Under the pieces are notes generated by a model. The model did no database searches. It was not told the origin of the DNA and was given only the letters and a program-made list of their open reading frames with translations. 64,000 nt of DNA from positions 104,656,001 through 104,720,000 of the forward strand of contig NC_091989.1 of assembly GCF_044704955.1 (NCBI RefSeq). Direction: 5' to 3'. Shown piece by piece: positions 13,720 through 26,335 of this stretch. The DNA is from Pristiophorus japonicus. Lineage: Eukaryota. Positions within the stretch are counted from its first letter, which is position 1. The number at the start of each line of letters is the position of its first letter. Made by a program: the position numbers and the translations under genes.

Positions 13720-14395
13720 CAAGGAGTGAATATTCACAAATCGTTGAATGCGGCAGGGCAAATTAATAAGACAGTTAAGAAAGTGTATGGGATAGTTGAC
13801 TTTATAAAAAGGGGCATTTAATACAAGAGCAAAGAAGTCATACTAGTCATTTACAAATCACTGGTTATGGCTCAGCCATGTTGAGCACCATATTTAAGAA
13901 GGATGTCAAGGCCTTGGAGAGGGTACAGAGGAAGTTTACCAGGAGGATACCAGGGATGAGTGACTTCAGTTATTTGGAGAGACTAGAGAAGCTGGATTGT
14001 TCTCGTTGAAGCAAAGAAAGTTAAAGGAAGACCTAACAGAAGCATTCAACCTTATGGGGGGTCTTGATAGAGCAGGTAGAGAGAAATTGTTTCCTCTGGC
14101 AAGTGAGTTTGTAACCAGAGGTCACAGATTTAAAATAATTGGCAAAAGAACAAGAGGGGCAATAAGAAGAACTGTTTTCACACAGAGGGTTGTTAAGATC
14201 TGGAATGAACTAGTATGGTGGGAATCGATTCCCTGTCAACTTTCAAAAGGCAATTGGACATGTAGTTGAAGAAAAATTTGCAGGATTATGGGAATAAGCT
14301 GGGGTGTGGGATTAATTTGGACAGTTTTTTCAAAGAGCCAGCACAGGCATGATTGGCCAAATGGCCTCCTTCTGCGCTGTAAGATTTTATGATTT
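13720..14395 (+). mobile_element. Old CR1 3' fragment
   Basis: LFSLKQRKLKEDLTEAF...TRGHRFKI...FTQRVVKIWN followed by a CR1 3' UTR. Confidence 0.8.
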
Positions 14396-15309
14396 GGCTA
14401 AATCAAGACAACTGTGCATGTGTGCGCTGAAAAAGTAGTTCACTGCATCCAACAGCATTTTGTGCTCAGTTCTTTACAGGATGGCACTTTTGTCTTTTGA
14501 ATTAAACCCTGTGAAGGGACATGAACATTCAAACATGTCCCTTTAACTTATTGAGCCATTATACAGTATGCAAGTACATAGATCCTTTGGGCAGAATTTT
14601 CCATTGCCATGAGTGTGAGTTTGGAAGTGTGTCTGTAATAAAAGTCGCAGCAAATTAGAGGGCTTTGAGAAAGCACCATCATCCCACCTCCTCATGGCTT
14701 TAATTCGGGCAGATTTGCAAGTGCACCGCCAACCCAAACAGTAGAGGTGAGCGATCTAATTAATGTCATTAAAACTTTGTTGTGAGACCCTCAACAGGGA
14801 TTTTAACCAGAACTTTTGAATTCCACTGGATGACCACGGGAATTATGCAGCTCAGGAACCACATGTGTCAACCTGAGGTGGCAGCTCAGCGGCCATTGAT
14901 CGAGGTCATTAGTGCAGAGCATGGAAATCTAAATAATTACTCCCACATGACACCTCCTTACTTGTCTGAAGGAAAGGGTCTTTTTGAGAACAGACTCAGG
15001 TGTCTAGAGTTTGCAAGTCTTTTCTGCAACCCTGGAAGCCACTCGCACCACATTGCTAATAACTATCACAACACTGACAGTTTGCTCCTCTGATCTCTAC
15101 TTGACCTGCCATCAATTAAATCAGCATGGGTGCCATTTATACAGTCTCATGTTGATCCTCAGAATCGGACCAGGATCAGCCCCAATACCAGCAGCAGCAG
15201 GCTCACCATCACTAGCATAATAACACCACTAACCTTCTCCTCAACAACCTGATGCTCCACAGGACAGACGGCATGAGCGCATGGCTGCACTGCATTGGAG
15301 GCAATAGCC

Positions 15310-17480
15310 CAACACAGGGTGCACAGGTAGAGAATGATTTTCCTCAACAGGACTGAGCAGCAGTGCCAAAGGAGGCTCAGGCTGTCACGCCAGATTATCG
15401 CCGACATTTGCAGTTTGCCGGAGCAAGAGCTGCAACCCAGAGGAACTGGTGCACATGCCTTGCTAGTGGCTGTCAAAGTCACCAGCGCCCTAAAGTACTT
15501 CACCTCAAGCTCATTCCAGGGATCTGCAGCAGATATTTGTGGCATCTCGCAGTCGGCCACCCACAGGTGCATCATACAGGTCATTGATGCCATGTTTAAC
15601 AAGTCAGCCTATTTTGTGAACTTTGCCACTGATGAAGCCAATGTTACTGAATGGGCGCTCAGCTTTGCCACTCTGACTGGCTTCCCACTCGTGCAGGACA
15701 TTATCGACTGCACACATGTGGTCATCAGGACATCATTTAGGAGTGTTTCTGAACTGCAACGGCTTCCACTCCCTCAATGTGCAACTCGTCTGCAACCATA
15801 GGAAGATCATAAGAACATAATAAATAGGAACAGGAGTAGGCCATACGGCACCTCAAGCCTGCTCCGCCATTCAATAAGATCATGGCTGATCTGATCATGG
15901 ACTCAGCTCCACTTCCCCGCCCGCTCCCCATAACTCTTTATCACCCTATCTTTTAAGAAACTGTCTATTTCTGTCTTGAATGTATTCAATGTCCCAGCTT
16001 CCACAGCTCTCTGAGGCAGAGAATTCCACAGATTTACAGCCCTCTGAGAGAAGAAATTCCTCCTTATCTCTGTTTTAAATGGGTTGCCCCTTATTCTAAG
16101 CTCATGCCCTCTAGTTCTAGTCTCCTCCATCAGTGGAAACATCCTCGCTGCATCCACCTTGTCAAGCCCCCTCATAATTTTATACATTTCGATAAGATCA
16201 CCTCTCATTCTTCTGAATTCCAATGAGTAGTGGCCCAACCTACTCAACCCCCTCATCCCCGGAATCAACCTAGTGAACCTTCTCTGAACTGCCTCCAAAG
16301 CAAGTAAATCCTTTCGTAAATATGGAAACCAAAACTGCATGCAGTATTCCAGGTGTGGCCTCACCAATACCTTGTATAGCTGTTGCAAGACTTCCCCGCT
16401 TTTATATTCCATCCCCTTTGCAATTAAGGCCAAGATACCATTGGCCTTGCTGATCATTTGCTGTACCTGCATATCGTCCTTTTGTGTTTCATGCACAAGT
16501 ACCCGCAAGTCCCGCTGTACTGCGGCACTTTGTAATCTTTCTCCATTTAAATAATAACTTGCTCATTGATTTTTTTCTGCCAAAGTGCATGACCTCACAC
16601 TTTCCATTATACTCCATCTGCCAAATTTTTCCCGACTCACTAAGCCTGTCTATGTCCTTTTGCAGATTTTTTGTGTCCTCCTCACACATTACTTTTCCTC
16701 CCACCTTTGTATCGTCATCAAACTTGGCTACGTTACACTCAGTCCCTTCTTCCAAGCCATTAATGTAGATTGTAAATAGTTGGGGTCCCAGCACTGATCC
16801 CTGCGGCACCCCACTATTTACTGGTTGCCAACCAGAGAATGAACCATTTATCCCGACTCTGTTCTCTGTTAGTTAGCCAATCCTCTATCCATGCTAATAT
16901 ATTACCCCCAACTCCGTGAACTTTTATCTTGTGCAGTAACCTTTTATGTGGCACCATCATCAGGCATGTGTGCGCCAAATGCTCTGACAGCTGTCATGGC
17001 TGTTCATCATGCGCCAGTCCACACTCGCTTAACTCTTTGCACCACCAAACAAATTTACCGGCTGGCTGCTTGGAGACAAGGTCTATCCACTGAAGATGTA
17101 GGTCACGACGCCCTTCAGGAGGTCACGCAATGAGGCTCAGGAGTGCTATAATGAAAGCCACATGTCCACCAGATGTGTCATAGAGCAAACAATAGACATG
17201 CTGAAGATGTCCTCCAAATGCCTTGACCGATCTGGAGAAGCCCTTCCGATTGCACTATCCAGGGTCTCTAGATTCGCACAACATAGTACGGCAACGAGAA
17301 ATACAGCTGTATGAAGAGCAAAGCGCAGCGCGCACAGCCTCTTCAGAGGAGGAGGAAGAGCATCAGCTAGAAGATAAGGAGGAACAGCAGGAGGAACCTG
17401 AGGTCCAGATGCCAGCAGCATGATGAGCACATTGCTGCCCGGGAGACCAGAGATGGCCTCATGATGGCCAGATTTACTTA
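15310..17480 (+). pseudogene. Harbinger (HARBI1-like) DDE transposase, split by CR1 15808-16955
   Basis: RRLRLSR...ICGISQS...[27 protein letters not shown], then after the CR1 GWLLGDKVYP and HMSTRCVIEQTIDMLK...CLD. Confidence 0.88.
15808..16955 (-). mobile_element. CR1 LINE 3' portion
   Basis: [33 protein letters not shown]; GTTCTTAT-type tail near 15808. Confidence 0.9.
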
Positions 17481-17489
17481 AAATTCTGC

Positions 17490-18685
17490 ATAAGAACATA
17501 AGAAGTAGGAGCAGGAGTAGGCTATTTGGCCCCTAGAGCCTGCTCCACCATTCATTAAGATCATGTCTGATCTGATCTTGGCCTCAACTCTACTTCCCTG
17601 CCTGCTCCCCATAACTCCCTTATCGTTCAAAAATCTGTTTTCTCCACCTTAAATATATTCAATGACCCAGCCTTCACAGGTCTCGGGTAGAGAATTCCAA
17701 AGATTCACAACTCTCTGAGAGAAGAAATTCCTCCTCATTTCCGTTTTAAATGGGCGACCCCTTATTCTGAAACTATGCCCCCTAGTTCTAGATTCCCCCA
17801 CAAGGGGAAACATCCTCTCTGCATCTAACCTGTCAACGCCCCTCAGAATCTTATACGTTTCAATAAGATCACCTCTCATTCTTCTAAACTCCAATGAATA
17901 TAGGCCCAACCTGCTCAACCTTTCTTCATAAGACAACCCCTTCATCTCAGGAATCAACCTCATGAACCTTCTCTGAACTGCTTCCAGTGCAAGTATATCA
18001 CTCCTTAAATAAGGAGACCAAAACTGTATGCAGTACTCCAGGTGTGCTCACCAACATTTCATTTGCCTTCCTAATTACTTGCTGTACCTGCGTGCTAACT
18101 TTTTGTGTTTCATGTACAAAGACCACCAGATCCCTCTGTACTGCAGTATTTTGTAATCTCTTCCCATTTAAGTAATAATTAGCTTTTTTATTTTTCCTAC
18201 CAAAGTGAATAAACTCACATTTTCCCACATTATACTCCATCTGCCAAATCCCTTTGCAGATGATTTGCGTCCTCCTCACAACTTGCTTTTCCACCTATCT
18301 TTGTATTATCAGCAAACTTGGCTATATTACAGTCGATCCCTTCATCCAAGTCATTAATAAAGATTGTTAATAGTTGAGGCACCAGCACTGATCCTTGCGG
18401 CACCCCACTTGTTACAGTTTGCCAACCTGAAAACGACCCATTTTTCCCAACTCTCTGATTTCTGCTAGTTAGCCAATCCTCTATCCATGCTAATATAGTA
18501 CCCACAACCCCGTGAGCTCTTAGCTTGTGCAGTAACCTTTGGTGAGGCACCTTATCGAATGCCTTCTGGAAATCCAAATACATAACATCCACTGGTTCCC
18601 CTTTATCCACCCTGCTCGTTACATCCTCAAAGAACTCCAGCAAATTTGTCAAACATGATTTCCCTTTCATAAAACCATGTTGACC
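17490..18685 (-). mobile_element. CR1 LINE 3' portion
   Basis: KGKSCLTNLLEFFE, YLDFQKAFDKV, KFADNTK; (GTTCTTAT)n tail at about 17490. Confidence 0.9.
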
Positions 18686-18940
18686 CAGCTATCTATGGAC
18701 AACAGACGGCAGAGGCTCATAGACCTCCTCTCTAGGAGGTATGTCAACGTAAACTTGGGTCCTTATGGCCCCATTGCTATGCAGTAAGGTGCTCTTCAGC
18801 TCTTTGCTAGCAGGGAAGTGAGGGTGGCCCACGAGAGGGATGATGATGAGAGGGGACATGGAAGTGTGGGCTCCTCTCAAAATGCTCACACTTCTCCCCC
18901 ATTGCTCTCCCCTCAGTCAGAGCCCCAGATGCCTCCTCGG

Positions 18941-20386
18941 ATCATGAACAGGGTGGCTAAAGGTGAACCAGTAGATGTAGCGTAATAAAAAAAAATTCTG
19001 GAAATCTCAGCAGGTCATGCAGCATCTGTGGTGAGGAAGCAGAGTTAATGTTTTGGGTTGATGACCCTTCATCAGAATCTTTGGATCATCGACCCGAAAC
19101 GTTAACTCTGCTTCCTCTCCACAGATGCTGCCTCACCTGCTGAGATTTCCAGCATTTTCTGTTTTTATTCCAGATTCCAGCATCCACAGTATTTTGCTTT
19201 TGTATCAGTAAATTTAGTGTACTGGAATTCCAAAAGGCATTCAATAAGGTTCCATATAATAAGTTGCTACATAAGATAAGAGTTCATCGTGTTGCGGGTA
19301 AAATATTAGCATGGATAGAGGATTGGCTAACTAGCAGAAATCAGAGAGTTGGGAAAAATGGGTTATTTTCAGGTTGGAAAACTGTAACTAGTGGGGTGCC
19401 ACAGGGATCAGTGCTGGAGCCTCAACTATTTACAATCGAGATTAATGAATTGCATGAAGGAACCGAGTGTATTGTCGCTAAGTTTGCTGATGATACAAAG
19501 ATAGGTGGGAAAGCAAGTTGTGACGAGGACAAAGAGTCTTCATAGGGATATAGATAGGTTAAGTGAGTGGGCACAAATTTGGCAGATGAGGTACAATGTG
19601 GGAAAATGTGAGGTTATCCACTTTTGTAGGAAGAATTAAAAAAAGCAAAATATTATTTAAATGGAGAAATACTACAGAATGCTGCAGTACAGAGGGATTT
19701 TGGTGTCCTCCGACATGAAACACAAAAAGTTAGCATGCATGTACAGCAAGTCATTAGCAAAGCAAATTGAATGTTGACCTTTATTGCAAGGGGGATGGAG
19801 TATAAAAGTAGGGAAGTCTTGTTACAACTATATAGGGCATTGGTGAAGCCACACAATTTTGGTCTCCTTATTTAAGGAAGGATATACTTGCATTCGCGAG
19901 TTCGGAGAAGGTTCACTAGGTTGATTCCTGGGATGAAGGGTTTGTCTTATGAGGAAAGGTTAAGCAGGTTGGGCCTGTACTCATTGGAGTTTAGAAGAAT
20001 GAGAGGTGGTCTTATTGAAACATATAAGATTCTGAGGGAGCTAGATAGGGTAGATGCTGAGAGGATATTTCCCCTCTAGAATGAGGGGGCATAGCTTTAG
20101 AATAAGGGGTCATCCATTTAAGATGGAGATGAGGAGGAATTTCTTCTCTCAGAGAGTTATGAATCTTTGGAATTCTCTATGCCAGAGAGCTGTGGAGGCT
20201 GGGTCATTGAATATATTCAAGGCTGAGATAGACAGATTCTTGATCTATGGGGGAGTTAAGGATTAAGGGGAACAGGTAGGAAAGTGGAGTTGAGGCCAAG
20301 ATCAGATCAGCCATGATCTTATGAATGTAGGAGCAGGCTCGAGGTGCTGTATGGCTTAATCTTGCTCCTATTTCTTATGTTCTTAT
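18941..20386 (+). mobile_element. CR1 LINE 3' portion, interrupted by palindromic element 18985-19205
   Basis: [34 protein letters not shown]; tail tttcttatgttcttat at about 20370-20386. Confidence 0.9.
18985..19205. mobile_element. Palindromic non-autonomous retroelement, Penelope-associated, with a decayed hammerhead-like core
   Basis: Inverted arms about 18985-19063 and 19086-19169. Flanking 16-bp duplication cagtagatgtagcgta (18969-18984) and cagtaaatttagtgta (19206-19221). Confidence 0.75.
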
Positions 20387-21792
20387 GTGAGTGGTGCATT
20401 AGCTGCTCCACACAGGTGGCTATCCTTTCCATGGAAGAGCATATCACCCCACTGTCTGCCACATGGTTGTCCTCATGTTGGAAATGGATTCCTCTATTCT
20501 GTGCACATTTGCAGAGATCATAGCCGCAAACCAGACGGAGCCTCCTCCACTTCTTCCTGCACCTCCAGGATCACCCTATTTCTCGAAGATTCCTGAGGCT
20601 CAGCGCCTGCATGCAGCTGAACAGAGCTGGGAGTGTCCTGCTCCCTCTGGTGAGGAGTCTTCACTGCTGTCCCTGTCTCCACCATCTGCTCTTGCTCACT
20701 TGTGAGCTGAGGCACCAGGTGACAACACTGCTCTATCTTGCATAGGACCCACTGAGGTGTGCGTATCTGCGCTGGTGCTGGTTGCGCTTAGGTCTGGCGA
20801 TGGTGCACCCTCAAAGGCTGGAGGCTTCTCTGATGAGTGGTCTTCCCTGTCCGACTGGACAGCGCGTGGCAACGGGAGGTGGCGGGGCTCTTGATGGACC
20901 TGTGGCAGAGTAAAGAGATGATTTAGAAATGTTATATTAAGAATGGGTAACGATATCATTTTGCGCATGATGAACATTCACTGGCTGCTGACATCAATCA
21001 CCATATGAGTGACTGCTGTATGCCATGTGGCTGTATGAGATGTTAATCTGTCACCAGATTGCTGAGAAATCCTCCTCTCTCCATCTCCCACTGCCAGCAG
21101 CACCAAAACTCTTGACACCTCCGGGGTGACCTCCTCAGTTGAAGTTAAAACGGTGAAGGATGGAGGGCCAACTCCAGTTCTCTCTCCCTGTTGTTGTGTG
21201 CTCATTTCTCCTACAAGGAGGAAAAAAAGAGAAGTTTGAGTGAGAGTGATGACATGAGTATAAGGAATGTGTGGATTACATCTGTAGAGGGTAACTATGA
21301 GGGAATGTGGGGCCAATGCCAAAGTGACAATGACAAATGGCCTCCTTGGGTGGTGTTACTTGGTGTGACTGCATTAGGGTAAGGGAGAGTGTGAGGGGTG
21401 GTTCGTCAGAGTGGGATGTGGGTATGTACTTAGAGAGGGATGGATGGAGGTGCAAGGTTTATTGCTGTGAGGAATGATGTGCAGGAGTGGGCTCGGGAAG
21501 GCAGAGTGATGGGGATGTGGTAACAGGCACAGCAGGAGTGTGGCTTTGCACTCACCTTTCCTGATCTCATGAGATCATTGACACGCCTCCGGCACTGCAC
21601 CCAAATCTTCACCTCATCCCTGCTGTTCACCTTCTCAGCTACTTGGAGCCAGGCTCTTTTTGTCTCTTGTGAAGGTGTTTTCTGCCTATCAGCAGAGAAG
21701 AGGATCTCTCTGCGTGGTCTGACTCCCTCCACAAGAAAATGTCAGGAGTCATCTGAAAACCTGGGTGCAGCCCTCTGTCTCTGTAAAGTCAT
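20387..21792 (-). pseudogene. Harbinger Myb/SANT-like (trihelix) gene, spliced and decayed
   Basis: Exon 21556-21792 MTLQRQRAAPRFSDDS*...KRAWLQVAEKVNS...WVQCRRRVNDLMRSGK|gtgagt. Exon 21055-21210 EK*AHNNRER..TGVGPP. Third exon from 20899 with ccacag acceptor. Confidence 0.75.
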
Positions 21793-22459
21793 GTTTTGAA
21801 GTTTGAGCAAATAAAGATCCTGAAATATCCTCCCTGCACATTTCTAGATGTACCTTTTAATGCTATGGGGCCAAAGCTGCTTTAAATATCCACACTGGAA
21901 ATGAATCATCGATGATGTTATTAGACCCACACCATTTAATAGGGCCAGGAAGCGCGCATGACTGCCTTAATCGGCGCCATTAACTGAAGGTCGATCTGAG
22001 GGGCAGACTGATCAATACAACATGGTTCTGTCTCACCATGTGGCCCCCACATACCAGACCCGACTCTGTAAGGAAAATTATGACCTTTATGTCAGCAGTA
22101 TTCAACAGGCAAGCTGCCAGCAATTTTAGGCTACAAGTTACTTTCATTGGGCTCCCACTTCCAGTACTAGATGCACAAATGTGACTTTTTCTGGGAGCTG
22201 AAATGAACGGTAGTTGAAATCGGCTTTAAGTGCTGAACATGGGAAGGGCAAGTGAGATGAATGGGTCATCTGCAGCCATTTAAATTTCCCGACCTAGAGT
22301 TAGGATAAGTATTCGCGCTCATTTGTGGATTACGACCAATCATGGAGCAGCCTTCGTGCATCAATCAGTGCACCAGCCCAGGAATTTTAAAGAGGAAAGT
22401 CTTGAATTTCCTCTGTATTTGCGCTCAGAGACATGCGTGACCCGATCACAAATCAATTG

Positions 22460-23182
22460 AGTACCCAGAATTTATGGTGTCTTCGATGGTATATGCTCAA
22501 TGCATGCCATAGTAAGCCTTCTGAAAGGCCCTGCAAGTTCTGGGATTCTGCATGTGCTGCGCATGCACGAAAACCCAGAACTTGCGATCTGTCAAGGTAC
22601 ACCATAACCGACCAGAAAATCACTTTTGCTGGCGCAGAGTTGGGCTATTTGCCAAACTACTGCCCAGCAATTGCCCATGAAACTCTTACAGTTGGTAAAA
22701 GCAGGCTTAGGGCTGAAGGGCTATTATAAATCTTAAATTAAAAATGTTTTAATAAAAAACGATGCACAAACACTTAAAATTAATTTATGCAAATATTGAC
22801 CCAGATTAAAATGATACAAATTAGTTTTCAAAAAATTACATTTTTATTGTATTTGCTGCAATGAAGGGACTTTTAATTAAATTTGAAAATCAGAACATTT
22901 ATATTTATTAGAGTTGTCTAAATTGTTTAATTATTTGGGGATTCCAGTAGGATTTAGAGGAGATTCCATTCCTCCTTTCTCATTGGAGGACCTGGCCGAC
23001 ATGATCCCAGGGACACTTATGAACCACGTGTGTCCCTGGGATCCATGGGCCTTTACGCAGGCGTGCGCCTGGAGGCCCAGGACCCAAACTTTCCGTAGCT
23101 TTGGAGCCAGGTGGTAAGTTCATAGATGTTTCATGGGTCGGAGATGTACTTCGGAGTAACGCCTCCGACCGCAATCAGGGCC
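22460..23182. mobile_element. Harbinger-type MITE, same family as 37000-38136 in opposite orientation
   Basis: Shares ttgggctatttgcc, ggtaaaagcagg and terminal cgcctccgaccgcaat...gggcc with the 37 kb copy. Left boundary approximate. Confidence 0.6.
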
Positions 23183-23464
23183 ATTATATGACTTAAAACA
23201 TCACAGAACTTTGGACTTAGGTGAGTTACATGCCTAACTACAGTACCCAACTCTCCTCGAGATGTTCCAATCGGCAATCAATCCCTCCACCCGAATACAT
23301 CTCTGTCCATAAAACTGGCCGTGACCCCAAGTTAGAAAATGAGTTCCCTGCTATTGTGCTTGCTTAGATTCTCCAGACGCAGCAGGAAATAAAGTCATTT
23401 TTATGGTATTTTATTTCCATTTAAAAAAAATTATCCTCGCTGAGACCTGCTCTGTGTTTTCTGT

Positions 23465-24100
23465 TTCTTTTAATACATTTTTATTGTATAAATAAAAATC
23501 ACATTAAAAATTGAAAAGCTCCCCGATTGCAGGTTCTTAAATATGCGGTGTCTAATGTGCATGAATGAATTGAAACTTTATTTTTCATACTTGAAGAAAG
23601 AATATACAATGTGAGTATGGTGCTTTCTTTGGGCCCCAATTGTTCACACTGATTTATGTCCATTTTTATGTTTGGGAAAATTCTAATGAGGTTAGCCAGG
23701 AATTTGAACATAATTTGGCATCGTCTGTATTGGCACAGGAATGGGCACATATCCAGGTCCAACTTCAGGGTTGTACCCATAGTGGAAATTCCAGGTCTCT
23801 GAAACTTCCCAATTTTAAGGTATCATTGGAGGGGCAGGATAGGGAGAAAGATGAGGGTGAAGTTGATAGGAACTGAGGAGGGCTTGAATATTTTGTATTT
23901 TGGGGCTTGGAATTTTTGTGTAAGGGCTTCTTTGCAGAATGGCTTCTGGTTTGAGTTGGGAGTCTTGACTGTTTGTGTGATAGGGGTCCTGATTTTTATG
24001 TTTGTGGTCTGTTGATTTTTGTGTATGGCGGTTTGAATTTTCTGTGTGATCAGGGATGACTTTATTCACATTTGACAGGAGAATTTCGGCCCCATCTACA
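23465..24100 (-). mobile_element. Possible highly decayed L1/Tx1-type LINE 3' end
   Basis: Minus strand RDLEFPLW...CPFLCQ resembles the RT-associated zinc-knuckle region. T-rich tail on plus near 23465-23485. Confidence 0.35.
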
Positions 24101-25598
24101 AAAGGTTGGACTTCCTTGTTTTAAGTTGACTCAACTGTGTTGTTTCATATATATATATAACATTCGCAATGACCATTGAACATGCAATTTTTTCCACTAT
24201 GTTGCAACATGGTGACCTAAATAGTTGACCATCTGCTCAAAGCTGAGTAGCCGCAAAATCATTTCCTTTCTTTAGCGTGAGATAATTATCTCCAAACAAT
24301 AGTTATGAACAGTGAGAAGGTCCCTGGAGTATCATACAAACCACATATATTGAAGTAGAAACTGCAGCTGCTTCCTTTTTCGGTAAATTTCAGTTTAAAC
24401 AGTAAAGGGTAGTTTAGCTTAACATTTAACTCTTTCATTACTGGAAAAGCAGTTAAAGTGAAAAAGTGTATTGTGTTGACAACAAATATGAATTTACACA
24501 TTAATATAAAAGTTAGTGATGAGGTGGAATTGCCATGCAATTTTTTATTCATTCTCGGAATGTGGGGGGTGCGAGCAAGACAGGTATTTATTGCACATCC
24601 CTAGTTGTCCTGAGAAAGTGCTGATGTGCCTTCTTGAACTGCAAGAATTCTTTGTAGCAGTTTGATACAACTAAATGGCTTGCATGTCCATTTTAGTGAG
24701 CTGGTGTGGGATTGGAGTCACATATAGGCCAGACTAGATAAGGAGAGTTGGGTACTAAAACAATCCAACAGCTACATGGTCACTTCTACTGATACCAGCT
24801 TAGATTGCATTCACTCACTCCTCCCATGGTTCAGTTAGTAAATGTCCATTAATACTGAGCCACAGTTTTTGGGAACAAAAAGGTCCCAAGTTAAACTCTT
24901 GAGTTAACTTATCTCAACCAGAGTAGCTGCTATAATTGACCTCAGTGCCCTTGGACTTGGATGTGACACTATCATTCTACCAACTTCAGACAATTACACA
25001 AGAAACAAATGCACAGTTTAGTTCTAATACAAGACATGTTTTAAAATACTCATCACAACAGAAAATCATTCTTTCTGCCAAATAAAAACTCAGGTGAGAA
25101 CAAGTTTAGAATGGCTGCTCCCTCCACAATTCAATAGTTTGAAGATATTCACCATCTATATGAAGTCTTAAAAAATGACCACCTAGCAAAAGTAGTGGAA
25201 GATGGCTAGTGCCCGTGGAAACTTTCACCTGGATACGTCAACTCCTGAAGGAGAGGAGAGAAAATTGGAAGGGGTTACTGCCACTGACTGTGTTTAGACC
25301 CTAGAAACTAGTTTTAAAATTTTACAGGTTTGTTACTTTTTGTGCCGCGTGAATTGGATTGTTCACAGTCCTGAAAGAGGCATGGTATCTATTCTTATAT
25401 AAACTACTTTTCTGCTATCAATCTGTTCATGTCAACCTGTTACTTGACCAATTGATTCATTTACGAATGCAGCGGTGTCTGATGTTTCAGGAAGAATTGT
25501 CATTTGTCTTGAAGTGAGGGCCTGAGTGTAACTAATCCACATCTGTTTTCTCAACATTCAAGGTTCAAAGAGGGCAGCCCACCTTTGTTTACATTTAT

Positions 25599-26335
25599 GG
25601 CCAGGATTTAGTGGTCAGCGGCGCACTTGCAGCTATACACACAATTTTTATCAGGTTTTTGAGTGGCAACTTGCTGTCTGCAGGAGTCTGATCCAGTGCA
25701 ACACCCTCTACAGAGGTCTGTGGTGTGTGTAAGCAGATCAAGGAGCAGCGTGGCTCCTCAACCAATCAAATTGACGAATACTCGCTGAGACAAGCAAATT
25801 CTAAATCGGGAAGCATAAATTAGCATATTTAATTTAAATCAAATACAGAAAGCAAAATAAAGTGATTTAAAGACAGTTGGGATCAAGAGAGAGTGGAGAT
25901 AAGAGACAGAAAGGAAAAGGAAAAAAAATTTCAATTTTTTATTTTTTTAAATCTCCAATTATAATTAAATTCTGAAGGAATGAGATGCCACATGTAAAAT
26001 TAAATTTTCAGTGCCAGATAGATTGTTTGCCAGTAATTAAGATTTATCACACAATTAAAAATTCACCTACACTTGAATGCACCCGCCCTAACTTCTTCTG
26101 GCGTATTTAGTGGGCAAGTACAGAAGCGCACGCCTTCACATGGATTTCAAACCAGTCTACTGGCAAGGTACCGGTGTTGTGATGTTAGTGGAGGGGCAGG
26201 GCAACTCAGGCAGCAACTTCAGATTTCTGTGTTTAACTGCGCATGTGCAGACTCCAGAAGTTGCTGTCCGATTTACTTCACGACAATGGTGAGCACTATT
26301 AGCCTCACCATTATTCTTAACACAAAATCCGAGCC
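25599..26335. mobile_element. Harbinger-type MITE
   Basis: Imperfect TIRs ggccaggattt ... aaaatccgagcc; AT-rich core and gcgcatgtgcag motif shared with the other MITEs. Confidence 0.55.

Larger units (their letters stand above)
14589..22085. mobile_element. Decayed full-length PIF/Harbinger DNA transposon carrying three CR1 insertions
   Basis: TIRs gggcagaattttcc (14589-14602) and ggaaaattatgacc (22072-22085), 12/14 match. 3-bp TSD TTT on both sides. Convergent transposase (+) and Myb/SANT-like (-) remnants inside. Confidence 0.85.

Noticed and set aside
15334-15801. Host gene HARBI1
   Set aside because: Frameshifted, split by CR1, and enclosed by TIRs and a TSD together with a Myb partner, so it is a transposon fossil.
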